Source of the DNA: Actinomycetota bacterium
Lineage (GTDB): Bacteria; Actinomycetota; UBA4738; CALAEC01
Direction: 5' to 3'
Assembly (NCBI GenBank): GCA_050693155.1
Contig: JBOGWA010000099.1
Coordinates: 1 to 54,969 of the forward strand
DNA: 54,969 nt
Shown here: positions 21,310-31,477 of the stretch, piece by piece
How positions within the stretch are numbered: position 1 is the stretch's first letter
Layout of the letters: every line of letters begins with the position of its first letter
Position numbers and translations under genes: made by a program
Notes under the pieces: model-generated
What the model was told of the DNA's origin: nothing
The model's input: only the letters and a program-made list of their open reading frames with translations
The model's database searches: none

Positions 21310-21552
21310 TCATCCTTCGAGCACGCTGCCGTCGATTCGATCTACCTGTACCCCTCGTTCGGCAAGGTACGCGACGGCCTCCTCGAGAGTCTGCTCCGAG
21401 CCCTCCATCTCGAGAATGACCCAACCGACCCGCTCCTCGATGTTCGCTCGCCGGATGTTCGTGACGACGTCGAACTGCTTGCCCACCGTGTAGATGAGCG
21501 GTTCTTGGATGAGCTCCTCGGGGAACGTCAGGTGAAATCTTCCCTTCGCCAC
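21310..21552 (-). CDS. NIL-domain protein (MetN C-terminal-like small ligand-binding domain)
   Basis: 80 aa. 'FHLTFPEELIQEPLIYTVGKQFDVVTNIRRANIEERVGWVILEMEG' matches stand-alone NIL-domain proteins. It ends 1 nt before the receiver gene. Confidence 0.7.
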   Translation of the reverse strand: MAKGRFHLTFPEELIQEPLIYTVGKQFDVVTNIRRANIEERVGWVILEMEGSEQTLEEAVAYLAERGVQVDRIDGSVLEG

Positions 21553-21747
21553 GGATCGATTGTAGGGAGGCGGTCGGGTCTCGCGCGAGAGTCGCGACTA
21601 TGAGATGAGGCGTAGGGAGTGAGCTCGAAGCGCGGCGGCAAACGTGCGGCGGGAGGGCTCGGAGCGACGCGCGTTTCGCCCGCAGAGAGCGAGCGAGTAG
21701 CCCGAATCGGAGCGACGACGCGCGAGCCCGACCCGCCTGGTTCTCTC

Positions 21748-23415
<1,668 letters not shown>

Positions 23416-23442
23416 CTAGCACTCTCCGACCGAGAGTGCTAA
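23416..23442 (-). promoter_or_regulatory. CIRCE element (HrcA operator) upstream of groEL
   Basis: CTAGCACTC-tccgaccga-GAGTGCTAA. It is a 9-bp inverted repeat with a 9-nt spacer and matches the consensus TTAGCACTC-N9-GAGTGCTAA at 17 of 18 positions. It lies 46 nt upstream of the groEL ATG. Confidence 0.85.
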
Positions 23443-23448
23443 ATCGAG

Positions 23449-23476
23449 TGTATACGCCATCACAGCGAACGCGCAA
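23449..23476 (-). promoter_or_regulatory. Putative sigma-A-type promoter of groEL (TTGCGC-16 nt-TATACA)
   Basis: Read on the minus strand immediately upstream of CIRCE. This is a hexamer match by eye only. Confidence 0.3.
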
Positions 23477-23496
23477 CCGGAACTTTGCCTGGACGC

Positions 23497-25068
23497 CTAG
23501 TCGGGCGGAGGCGGGCTGGTGAACCAGTCGCAGCCGTAGGCCTCGTCAGGCCTGGACGGGTCAGCGGCCGCGCAGGGCGCAACCAAGAGCTGCTTGGGAT
23601 GAACAGGAAGGCCGGGAGGCGGCGTTGACTCGCAGACGGGCAAGATAATCGGGTCGCTCGTGATCGACCGACCCCGTGCGGCGAGGTTTCCGAGCCAGCA
23701 GTTGCCCTCTCCCTGCTCGTCCCACCAGAAGTCCGTTCCGTTGGGAAGAACCTTTCCCTTTGGAGACCAACCCATCCGGTTAACGATGAACCGGTTGTTG
23801 TGGGAGGTGTCGAACTGGTGCGTCGGCTCCATGTCGCCCCGCAGGTACGCGGGGACGCCAACCAAGAACGTGCCCCAGCGCCAGTTGTCGTAGAGCCAGT
23901 TGCCCGAGACGATGTTCGCGTTGCCTCCCCCGATGACGATGCCAGTCCCAACCGGCACCTGGAAATGGGGGCACACGACGCCTCGCTCGTACCCACGCTT
24001 GCGTATCGGTTTGTCGCACGTTCCGTCTCGCCAGTAGTCGTAGTAATTGTTGTTGTTGCTGTAGATCCAGTTGTCCTGGAAGCGCGAAGAGTCCTGCGGC
24101 ATGCCCGGATGACCGGATGCGAAGCTATCCGAGGTCATCCCTGCGGCGTTCTCGAAGAACCAGTTGTGGTGAACCCACGTCGAGTTCCCAGCCGTCGCCG
24201 AGTAGCCGATCAGGTTGTGATGAGAGCTGCATCTCGTGATCTCGATCGAGACCTCCGCTCCGTGATGGTCCGCTGCCGAACCCGGGTAGATCCCCGAGTC
24301 GCCATTCCCGTACGCCTCGCAGTTCTTGTAGAGACCGTGATCGGTGGCGAACGTGAGAAACCCGTACTCGTCGTTCCACCGCGCGAGCATCCGGTCGATG
24401 ACGAACCCATCGGTTTCCAGGATGTAGAGCGAGTTGAACTCCGCACGCTGCACGGTGAAGTTCCGGAAGTAGATCCCGTCGGCCCGATCGGCCCGGATAC
24501 CGTTTAGCTTGTTGAAGTTGTTGTCGACGATGACGTCCAGAGGGTCATCGCCGGTTCCCTCGATCTGCAGATCACAGACAGGGAGATCGCATTGGCGATC
24601 CTCGTCGGTTGGGCTGTCGCCCAAGATCGTGATGAGGTTCTGCTCGTGCGGGCAGGCGAACTGGTCTTCGTACGACAGGACGGTTCCCTGAGGAGACTCC
24701 CGGCAGGGACCTCGCACGTTGACCGCGCTCGGCTCCTCCCGGTACACACCCGGCAGAATCATGATCCGGGAACCACGCTTCTCGACGTGATCGACCGCTT
24801 CCTGGATGTGCCCGTAGCCGCTCCGCCGGCACTCCCGATACAGCGCGAGATTCCTCGATCTAAACGGCGGTGGCAGCTGCCGGATCAGCCGAAGGGACTC
24901 TCCGGGCTTGCACACCAGCAAGCGCGGGCCCGAGGTGCGGTACTTGGGAACCTCGCCTTCGCCCTTGGGGAAGAAGCTCTCACGCTCAGCGTGCGCTCCA
25001 GCGGGCAGAGCCGGCGCGAGCATCGCGAGCGCCGTAAGCGCGAACAGTAGGCAGCGACGGGCGGGCAT
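23497..25068 (-). CDS. Secreted right-handed parallel beta-helix repeat protein (pectin-lyase-fold/NosD-like)
   Basis: 523 aa with a signal peptide 'LTALAMLAPALPAGAHA'. Repeated 'G...N.I.....' beta-helix coil motifs are visible ('GIRADRADGIYFRNFTV', 'NCEAYGNGDSGIYPG', 'SSHHNLIGYSATAGNST', 'NWIYSNNNNYY', 'NANIVSGNWLYDN'). Confidence 0.6.
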   Translation of the reverse strand: MPARRCLLFALTALAMLAPALPAGAHAERESFFPKGEGEVPKYRTSGPRLLVCKPGESLRLIRQLPPPFRSRNLALYRECRRSGYGHIQEAVDHVEKRGSRIMILPGVYREEPSAVNVRGPCRESPQGTVLSYEDQFACPHEQNLITILGDSPTDEDRQCDLPVCDLQIEGTGDDPLDVIVDNNFNKLNGIRADRADGIYFRNFTVQRAEFNSLYILETDGFVIDRMLARWNDEYGFLTFATDHGLYKNCEAYGNGDSGIYPGSAADHHGAEVSIEITRCSSHHNLIGYSATAGNSTWVHHNWFFENAAGMTSDSFASGHPGMPQDSSRFQDNWIYSNNNNYYDYWRDGTCDKPIRKRGYERGVVCPHFQVPVGTGIVIGGGNANIVSGNWLYDNWRWGTFLVGVPAYLRGDMEPTHQFDTSHNNRFIVNRMGWSPKGKVLPNGTDFWWDEQGEGNCWLGNLAARGRSITSDPIILPVCESTPPPGLPVHPKQLLVAPCAAADPSRPDEAYGCDWFTSPPPPD

Positions 25069-25368
25069 TCCCTCTCCCTGGACCTCTCCTTGAGACTCTC
25101 AGTCTATCCGACTGGGCGATTCGCTCGCCTTCTCGAAGATCGGCTTCCCCACCCCTGGCGAGCTACGCCCTGGGACCCCCTAAGGTACTACCCCTGCTCG
25201 TCGCATCCTGCGCGAGACTCGCCTGGGAGACAGAGATCGATATGACAGGATCGGCCGAAGCGCTCGTTTCCCGAGCCCAAGCGTGAATGTGCTTGAACTA
25301 CGCTTGAGAAGCAGCCACGATTCCAGGCAAGCGGCAGGAAGGGCAGGTTCTCAAGGGAGGAGGTGACA

Positions 25369-25521
25369 ATGGCGACATACGAGGGTTACTGCGTGAAGGA
25401 CAAGCGCAAGGTCACGTTCGAGGGTGAAGTGGTCATTATGAAGAACGGGCGCAGGGCTGCAAAGGGAAAGTGTCCGTCTTGCGGTACCACGGTCATGCGC
25501 ATCCTCGGAAAGGCTGATTAG
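25369..25521 (+). CDS. 50-aa zinc-ribbon-like protein (resembles the DUF5679 small-protein family)
   Basis: It falls below the 60-aa track cutoff and was found by eye. GGGAGGAGG lies 6 nt upstream of the ATG. The product is 'MATYEGYCVKDKRKVTFEGEVVIMKNGRRAAKGKCPSCGTTVMRILGKAD'. It has 3 of the usual 4 Cys (C-x-x-D ... C-x-x-C). Confidence 0.6.
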   Translation: MATYEGYCVKDKRKVTFEGEVVIMKNGRRAAKGKCPSCGTTVMRILGKAD

Positions 25522-25536
25522 CCGACCCGCCGGCTA
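25519..25536. terminator. Short hairpin between convergent genes (TAGCCG-acccgc-CGGCTA)
   Basis: A 6-bp stem overlapping the stop codon of the small ORF, with no U-tract. It is weak. Confidence 0.2.
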
Positions 25537-25541
25537 GGACG

Positions 25542-26027
25542 TTACCGGGCGGGCGAGGTCCCGGCCGTGCGGAGCAGATCCTCCGCCGACCACAGGGGGC
25601 TTTCGGCCGCGACTGCCCGATGCTGTCGGGCAAGGTCGGCGATCGTGATGCGCTCGAAGACATCGCGAACCGCCCGGTGCACCTCTCCCCAGAGCTCCTG
25701 AAGACCGCATCGGGAGTCCTGGAAACACGTGTGGTCCGCAGGGTCGAGGCAGTACATCGGGAAGTACGTGCCCTCCATCGCGTCGACGATGTCGGACACA
25801 CGGATGGCGGCAGGGTCTCGAGCGAGTTGACACCCGCCCCCAGCTCCTCGGAAGGACTCGACGAGCCCCTCCTTGTGCAGATGGGCGAGCTGCTGCTCGA
25901 GGAACCTCAGTGGGACACCCTGAGCCGTCGCGATCTCGCGGGCGGGAACGGGACCCTGTCCCCATCGGAGCGTAAGCTCGATCATGGCCCGCAGCGAGTA
26001 TTCCGTCTTCTGCGAGACCTTGAGCAT
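25542..26027 (-). CDS. Rrf2-family transcriptional regulator with a 3-Cys (probable Fe-S) motif
   Basis: 'MLKVSQKTEYSLRAMIEL', the wHTH 'AREIATAQGVPLRFLEQQLAHLHKEGLVESFRGAGGG' and the Cys cluster 'YCLDPADHTCFQDSRC' (C-x7-C-x5-C). I chose the start at the M of MLKVS. Confidence 0.8.
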   Translation of the reverse strand: MLKVSQKTEYSLRAMIELTLRWGQGPVPAREIATAQGVPLRFLEQQLAHLHKEGLVESFRGAGGGCQLARDPAAIRVSDIVDAMEGTYFPMYCLDPADHTCFQDSRCGLQELWGEVHRAVRDVFERITIADLARQHRAVAAESPLWSAEDLLRTAGTSPAR

Positions 26028-26136
26028 CCTTGCCCCTTTCCGGTCGAGCGTACGCGCGTCTGACCACAAATTATATCTCTGAGGTAGGATTTATCCAGCC
26101 CGCAGCGAACACGGCAGGACGGAGTAAGGAGTCACC

Positions 26137-26613
26137 GTGGCGAAGTTGGTGGACCCAAGACAGCCCCGCTTCGGGCAGGCAATCACTGGAAGCGTGCTGC
26201 TGGTTGGATTCGTGTTCGACTGGCCGGTCGTTCTTCCCGTGATCGCGGCGATTCTCGCCGGGGCCTCCTTCCTCGGCTCCGAGGGGAACCTGTACGCCTA
26301 CCTGTATCGAGGCGCGAAGCGGGTCTTTCATCTCGGTCCGCCTGCGGAGCTTGAAGAAGTTGGTCCGCCACGGTTCGCAAACACTCTCGGCTTCCTCTTC
26401 ACGACCGCGGGGAGCCTCCTCTACTACGTCGCCGATGCAGCCGCTGCGGCCTGGACGCTCGGGCTTATCGTCTCGGCGCTCGCCCTGCTCGCCGCAACCA
26501 CCGGGTTGTGCGTGGGCTGCGAGGCGTACGTGATCGCTCGCCGGATCGCCACCCACGGCCGGGTGCGCGAGCGGCTCGTGGTTCCCCGGGAGCAGGTCGG
26601 GATCGGAGCCTAA
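26137..26613 (+). CDS. DUF4395-family membrane protein
   Basis: 158 aa with a GTG start after AAGGAG. 'PRFGQAITGSVLL', 'PPRFANTLGFLF' and the C-terminal 'GLCVGCEAY' are typical of DUF4395. Confidence 0.7.
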   Translation: MAKLVDPRQPRFGQAITGSVLLVGFVFDWPVVLPVIAAILAGASFLGSEGNLYAYLYRGAKRVFHLGPPAELEEVGPPRFANTLGFLFTTAGSLLYYVADAAAAAWTLGLIVSALALLAATTGLCVGCEAYVIARRIATHGRVRERLVVPREQVGIGA

Positions 26614-27027
26614 GTGCTGGTCAGGTTTGCGATCGTTTTTGGCGTTCTCGCATTCTCCTATGCCCTCTTCTGGCTGTGGCGCAGGCCGTCCCGGCGGCTC
26701 CGAAGCCTGGATCTGAAGGCGCTCGGCATCGGCGGGCCGGCGATCGTGCAGTTCTCCACGAAATACTGCTCGCCGTGCAAGGCCGCAGCGCCGCACCTTC
26801 GCGCCGCCGCCGAAGAGACCAACGTGGCGTTCGCGCAGATCGATGTCGGGGAGCGACCCGAGATCGCGCGGCGCTACGGGATCCGGAGCGTCCCCACTAT
26901 CGCGGTCACCGATCGAGTCGGCCGGGTGCTCGGGGCGTGGACCAGCCTTCCTTCAAACGGCGAGATCGCCGCGGCAGCTTGGCAGGCTCATTCAGGTCGT
27001 CCGGGGCGCGAGGCCCGAAGCAGCTAG
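26614..27027 (+). CDS. Membrane-anchored thioredoxin-like protein (CSPC active site)
   Basis: The GTG start directly follows the stop of the DUF4395 gene (stop 26611-26613, start 26614). It has an N-terminal TM helix and 'VQFSTKYCSPCKAAAP...RSVPTIAV' (a thioredoxin fold with cis-Pro). Confidence 0.7.
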   Translation: MLVRFAIVFGVLAFSYALFWLWRRPSRRLRSLDLKALGIGGPAIVQFSTKYCSPCKAAAPHLRAAAEETNVAFAQIDVGERPEIARRYGIRSVPTIAVTDRVGRVLGAWTSLPSNGEIAAAAWQAHSGRPGREARSS

Positions 27028-28244
27028 TTCAGCTGGTCCTGGAACTCCTCGAGGGAGGGCGAAACCGTCATGGTCGGGCCGACCTTTTCTTCCAGCGCTT
27101 CCACGGTCTTGAATCCGGTCCCCGTCACGTATGCGACGACCGTCTCGTCGGAGCGCACCACACCGGTCTCGCAGAGCCGCTTCAACACACCGATCGTTAC
27201 GCCTCCGGCCGTTTCGGCGAACAGACCTTCCGTCTCCGCGAGCAGGCGGACCCCATCGATAATCTCCTCATCCGACACGTCGTCGATCGCTCCCCCGGTC
27301 TCCCGAGCAAGCCGAAGTGCGTAGTAGCCGTCGGCGGGGTTGCCGATCGCAAGCGACTTCGCGATGGTCTCCGGCTTCACCGGGCGAACGTGGTCTGCGC
27401 CGGTCTTGAAAGCGGTGGCGACCGGCGAGCATCCCGACGCCTGAGCGCCGGACACTCGGACGGCTCGATCCTCGACGAGATCGAGCGCCGCGAACTGCCG
27501 GAAACCTTTGTGGATCTTCGTCATGAGCGCGCCCGAGGCGATCGGAACGACGACGTGGTCGGGAAGCCGCCACCCCAGCTGTTCCGCGGTCTCGAATCCG
27601 AGCGTCTTGGAGCCCTCGGCGTAGAAAGGACGGACGTTCACATTCACGAACGCCCAGGGGAAGACCTCGGCGACCTCGGAGCAAAGGCGGTTCACGTCGT
27701 CGTAGTTTCCCTTCACGGCCACGACGCGTCCGCCGTAGGCCGCGGTCGCGATGATCTTTGCTCGCTCGAGATCGGCGGGAACGAAGATGTAGGAGACCAT
27801 GCCGGCCTTGGCCGCATGCGCGGCTGTTGCATTCGCGAGGTTGCCTGTCGACGCGCATGCCACCGTGTCATAGCCGAACTCGCGGGACGCCGTGACCGCA
27901 ACGCTCACGACCCGATCCTTGAACGAACCGGTCGGGTTGCCCGTGTCGTCCTTCAGCCAGAGATCGCTGAGACCCAGCGCCTCACCCAGCCGTTCGGCTC
28001 TGCGCATGGGCGTGAAGCCGGCCCCGAGGTCGACGGGGTCTGTGGCCGGGGCGGGAAGGAGCGGCCGATATCGCCAGAGGGTGGGCGGCCCCGCTTCAAT
28101 GCTCTCTCGCGTGACGACGCCTCGGAGCGACTCGAGGTCGTATTCCGCTTCGAGCGGTCCGAAGCAGAACTCGCAGATCGAAAGCGGTTCCACGGGGTAG
28201 CGCCGGCCGCACTCCCTGCACACGAGCGCTGAGACGTTCTCCAT
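27024..28244 (-). CDS. thrC: Threonine synthase (with an N-terminal zinc-ribbon)
   Basis: 406 aa. It has the N-terminal 'CRECGRRYPVEPLSICEFCFG', the PLP-lysine motif 'NPTGSFKDR' and 'ASTGNLA'. Confidence 0.9.
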   Translation of the reverse strand: MENVSALVCRECGRRYPVEPLSICEFCFGPLEAEYDLESLRGVVTRESIEAGPPTLWRYRPLLPAPATDPVDLGAGFTPMRRAERLGEALGLSDLWLKDDTGNPTGSFKDRVVSVAVTASREFGYDTVACASTGNLANATAAHAAKAGMVSYIFVPADLERAKIIATAAYGGRVVAVKGNYDDVNRLCSEVAEVFPWAFVNVNVRPFYAEGSKTLGFETAEQLGWRLPDHVVVPIASGALMTKIHKGFRQFAALDLVEDRAVRVSGAQASGCSPVATAFKTGADHVRPVKPETIAKSLAIGNPADGYYALRLARETGGAIDDVSDEEIIDGVRLLAETEGLFAETAGGVTIGVLKRLCETGVVRSDETVVAYVTGTGFKTVEALEEKVGPTMTVSPSLEEFQDQLN

Positions 28245-28302
28245 GGCAGGCGCCTATGGTACGCGCGGGGCGCGGACCGAGGGGTAGGTATGATGCGCGG
28301 TC

Positions 28303-29268
28303 GTGAGCGGGGACGCCCAGCAGTGGCTCGGGCGGCGGACCTTTCATCATGAGGACTTCGCGGATGTCGAGCGACTCCGCGGACTGAAGCAGGCCCAGGG
28401 GGTCACGATCTCCGTCGGCATCCCGACCCTCAACGAGGCCCCGACCCTCGGCCCGATTCTTCGGGCGATCCGTGAACGACTCATGGACGAAGCCGGCCTC
28501 GTAGACGAACTGGCGATCATCGACTCGCAGTCGACCGATGGAACCGTGGGAATCGCCGAAGCGGAACGGGCGACCGTGTACCAGGATCGAGAGATCCTCC
28601 CGGACCTCGAGCCGTCCGGTGGGAAGGGCGAGGCGCTGTGGAAGAGTCTCTTCGTCCTGCGGGGCGATCTCATCGCCTGGATCGACGCCGACATCGAGAA
28701 CTTCGACCCGCGTTTCGTCTACGGACTCCTCGGTCCGCTGCTCACCGATCCCGACATCGGCTACGTCAAAGCGTTCTACCAACGTCCGCTTCGGGTCGAT
28801 GGCGGAACGCTTCCATCGGAAGGCGGCCGGGTGACCGAACTCGTCGCCCGACCCCTCATCAACATGTTCTGGCCGCACCTGGCGGGTCTGCTTCAGCCCC
28901 TCTCGGGAGAGTACGCGGGACGGCGCAGCGTGCTCGAGCAGGTCCCCTTCTTCACGCACTACGCAGTCGAGCTCGGCCTCGTCGTGGACGTAACGGATCG
29001 CTTCGGACTTGATGCGCTTGCGCAGGTCGATCTCGTCGAGCGCGTGCATCGCAACCGACCGCTCGAGGAACTCGCCCCGATGGCATTCGCGATCCTTCAG
29101 GCCGCGTTGAGGCGCGTGGGAACTTCCGATGGGCTCGCAAGCGACACCGGCCGAACCTTGCACCTTCCCGTCGGGGACCAAGGTGAATACCGCATGAGTG
29201 CGACGGAGGTGCGGGTCGTCGAGCGGCCTCCTGCGGCGAGTCTTGCCGAGTACCGAGGCAGCCGGTGA
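28303..29268 (+). CDS. gpgS: Glucosyl-3-phosphoglycerate synthase (GT81)
   Basis: 321 aa. 'ISVGIPTLNEAPTLGPIL', 'GKGEALWKSL', 'WIDADIENFDPRFV' and 'GGRVTELVARPLIN...QPLSGEYAGRR' closely resemble actinobacterial GpgS. Confidence 0.85.
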   Translation: MSGDAQQWLGRRTFHHEDFADVERLRGLKQAQGVTISVGIPTLNEAPTLGPILRAIRERLMDEAGLVDELAIIDSQSTDGTVGIAEAERATVYQDREILPDLEPSGGKGEALWKSLFVLRGDLIAWIDADIENFDPRFVYGLLGPLLTDPDIGYVKAFYQRPLRVDGGTLPSEGGRVTELVARPLINMFWPHLAGLLQPLSGEYAGRRSVLEQVPFFTHYAVELGLVVDVTDRFGLDALAQVDLVERVHRNRPLEELAPMAFAILQAALRRVGTSDGLASDTGRTLHLPVGDQGEYRMSATEVRVVERPPAASLAEYRGSR

Positions 29269-30113
29269 GGCCGGCCTCCGATCTCCTCACCGAGCTCGCG
29301 GGCAGGGACATCCGAGTCGTCTACAGCGATCTCGATGGGACCCTGCTCGGCCCCGGTGGGTCGCTCTTCGCGACTTCCGCGGGAAGCGTCACGCGACGCG
29401 CCGCGGAGGCAATCGCGACGCTCCGCGAGGCAGGGAGCGCGCTCGTGCCGGTGTCCGGGAGAACCGTTGAACAGATGCGAGAGGCGGCCCGAATCCTCGG
29501 CGCCACCGACTTCGTCGCGGAAATGGGCGGACTCACCTCCTACGAGGTCGAGGACCTGGTCGTTCGAAACTACGGCGCCTTCGAGGGCGCCGGAACCCCC
29601 TTCGACGCGATGGCTCGGACGGGTGCAGGGGCGCTGCTCCTGGAGGAGTTCGTCGGCAGGCTCCAACCTCATACTCCCTGGGCCCTTCAGCCGCGTGAGT
29701 GTTCGATGCTCTTTCGAGGGCAGATCGTCGAGCGCGACGCGCACGAGCTCCTCGAGCAGGCAGGTCATCGGTGGCTCGACGTTCGCGACAACGGGGTCAT
29801 CGGACGGTCGTTCGATGGGCTTTCGGTGGATGAGGTTCATGCGTACCACCTCATGCCAAGAGGGGTCGACAAGGGGACCGCAGTTGCGGCGGACCTCGTG
29901 CGGCGGGGCTGCGCCAGGGAGCAGGCGATCGCGATCGGGGACTCCCCCTCTGACGCGGTGCTCGCCGATTACGTCGCCGGGGTCTTCATCGTCGCGAATG
30001 GGCGCGAGCACGTTGAGGCGGCCGGCCCCTGGCCGAATACGGTCGTTGGGACGGAAGGGGCGCACGGCGACGGATTTGCGGAGGCCGTACTGGGGGTGCT
30101 CCGGACGCTCTGA
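29265..30113 (+). CDS. HAD-superfamily (IIB/Cof-like) phosphatase, probable glucosyl-3-phosphoglycerate phosphatase
   Basis: HAD motif I is 'VVYSDLDGTLLG' and motif IV is 'AIGDSPSD'. The GTG start overlaps the gpgS stop (GTGA), which suggests translational coupling. Confidence 0.65.
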   Translation: MRPASDLLTELAGRDIRVVYSDLDGTLLGPGGSLFATSAGSVTRRAAEAIATLREAGSALVPVSGRTVEQMREAARILGATDFVAEMGGLTSYEVEDLVVRNYGAFEGAGTPFDAMARTGAGALLLEEFVGRLQPHTPWALQPRECSMLFRGQIVERDAHELLEQAGHRWLDVRDNGVIGRSFDGLSVDEVHAYHLMPRGVDKGTAVAADLVRRGCAREQAIAIGDSPSDAVLADYVAGVFIVANGREHVEAAGPWPNTVVGTEGAHGDGFAEAVLGVLRTL

Positions 30114-30118
30114 CGAGG

Positions 30119-31384
30119 CTAGCGCTTCGGTGTGGAACGGCCTTTCACGGCCTGCTGGCGCCCGCGCCGTCGTCGCAGGAAGCGTCCCAGAACCGGCTGC
30201 GAGACTTCCGGGGGTGGCGTTCCGTCGAGCCCGGGTTCGATCCCTTCGACACCGACCTCCCCACTCGTGGCTTTCGGTGGCCACGTGAGCCGGGTGTCCC
30301 ATGCGTAGAGGAGGAGGATCTTGGCGGACGCCACCACCGGAACCGCGAGCAGCATCCCCCAGAGACCGAGCAGCGTGCCGCCCGCCAGGAGCGCGAGCAT
30401 GACGGTTACGGGATGGAGCTTCACGGTCCGCGCGACGATGTTCGGGCTGATGATGTGATTGTCGATCTGCTGCACGATCGTGAGGGCGACTGCGGAACCG
30501 ATCGCCAGCGGCCACCCCGACTCCAAGCCGAGGAACCCTCCGCCCGATGTATCGGTCGTGAATGCCACGAACGCCGCGAGGATCCCGCCGATGAACGGGC
30601 CGATCAGCGGGATGAGGTTGAACAGGCCCGTGATCATCCCAACGAGCGCCCAGTACGGCAGCCCGACGATGAAAAGCACGAGCATCGAGGCGAGACCGAC
30701 GAACAAAGCGACGAGCATCTGGCCGCGGAAGAACCCCCCGAGCGCGCGCCCCAACCTCCTGGTCACCGAGATGACCTCTTCTCGCCGGTTCGCGGGGATC
30801 ATCGCGATGAGCCCGCGCTTGATCTTCGGCAGATCGACGAGCAAGTAGAACGCGAGGATCGGCCCGAGGATCAGGACGAGGACGATGTCGAAGAGCCCGC
30901 GCGTGAAGGAAAGGATCCGGCCGAGGAAATCGAGAATCGCTTGCTGGTTCTGTTCGTTCAGCACCCCCTCACTGCCCTGAGTGTTCTCGCCGAAGCGGCC
31001 GAGGATGTCGCTGAACGACGATTGGGCTCGTTCGATGAGATCGGGAACAGAGCGTACGAAGCCTTCGACCTGATTGGCGATGACCGGAATGAGATACGCG
31101 AGTCCAAACCCCACGGCCGTGAGGAACACCAGGTACGTGATGAGGGCGCCCAGCAATCGGGGCACGCCGCGCTGTTCGAGCGCGGAGACGATCGGGTTGA
31201 GCAGGTAGATGACGATGAGCGCCACGACAAGCGGAGGAAAGATGACCGAGATCGGTTCGATCGCGTACCGGTAGACGAAGTAGGCGAGAAGGAGGACTCC
31301 AATGATGGCCCAGGAGACGACCCCCCACCGGGCCGCTCCCGCTACGAACGGCCTGTCGAGCAGCCGGCGCTGATCCTCAACCAA
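30119..31384 (-). CDS. AI-2E family transporter (PerM/UPF0118)
   Basis: 421 aa with about 8 TM helices. 'LNLIPLIGPFIGG' and the overall topology are typical of the family. The track start is TTG. Confidence 0.8.
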   Translation of the reverse strand: MVEDQRRLLDRPFVAGAARWGVVSWAIIGVLLLAYFVYRYAIEPISVIFPPLVVALIVIYLLNPIVSALEQRGVPRLLGALITYLVFLTAVGFGLAYLIPVIANQVEGFVRSVPDLIERAQSSFSDILGRFGENTQGSEGVLNEQNQQAILDFLGRILSFTRGLFDIVLVLILGPILAFYLLVDLPKIKRGLIAMIPANRREEVISVTRRLGRALGGFFRGQMLVALFVGLASMLVLFIVGLPYWALVGMITGLFNLIPLIGPFIGGILAAFVAFTTDTSGGGFLGLESGWPLAIGSAVALTIVQQIDNHIISPNIVARTVKLHPVTVMLALLAGGTLLGLWGMLLAVPVVASAKILLLYAWDTRLTWPPKATSGEVGVEGIEPGLDGTPPPEVSQPVLGRFLRRRRGRQQAVKGRSTPKR

Positions 31385-31477
31385 GGTCTCGGGTCATTAT
31401 GGCCCGTTCCTCCTAGCGAAGTTGATCAATCCGGGCCGTCGATCGCCGCGGCGAGCGCGCCGATGAACCGTGTGATC

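Noticed and set aside
21655-21729. The direct repeat TCGGAGCGACG(ACG)CGCG (21659-21673 and 21707-21724), flanked by GGGCTCG/CGAGCCC, between the groEL stop and the NIL gene start.
   Set aside because: The inverted arms are only 7 bp with a loop of about 60 nt. The direct repeat is GC-rich and low in complexity, with no second occurrence elsewhere in the window. It is probably fortuitous or part of a weak terminator or promoter region.
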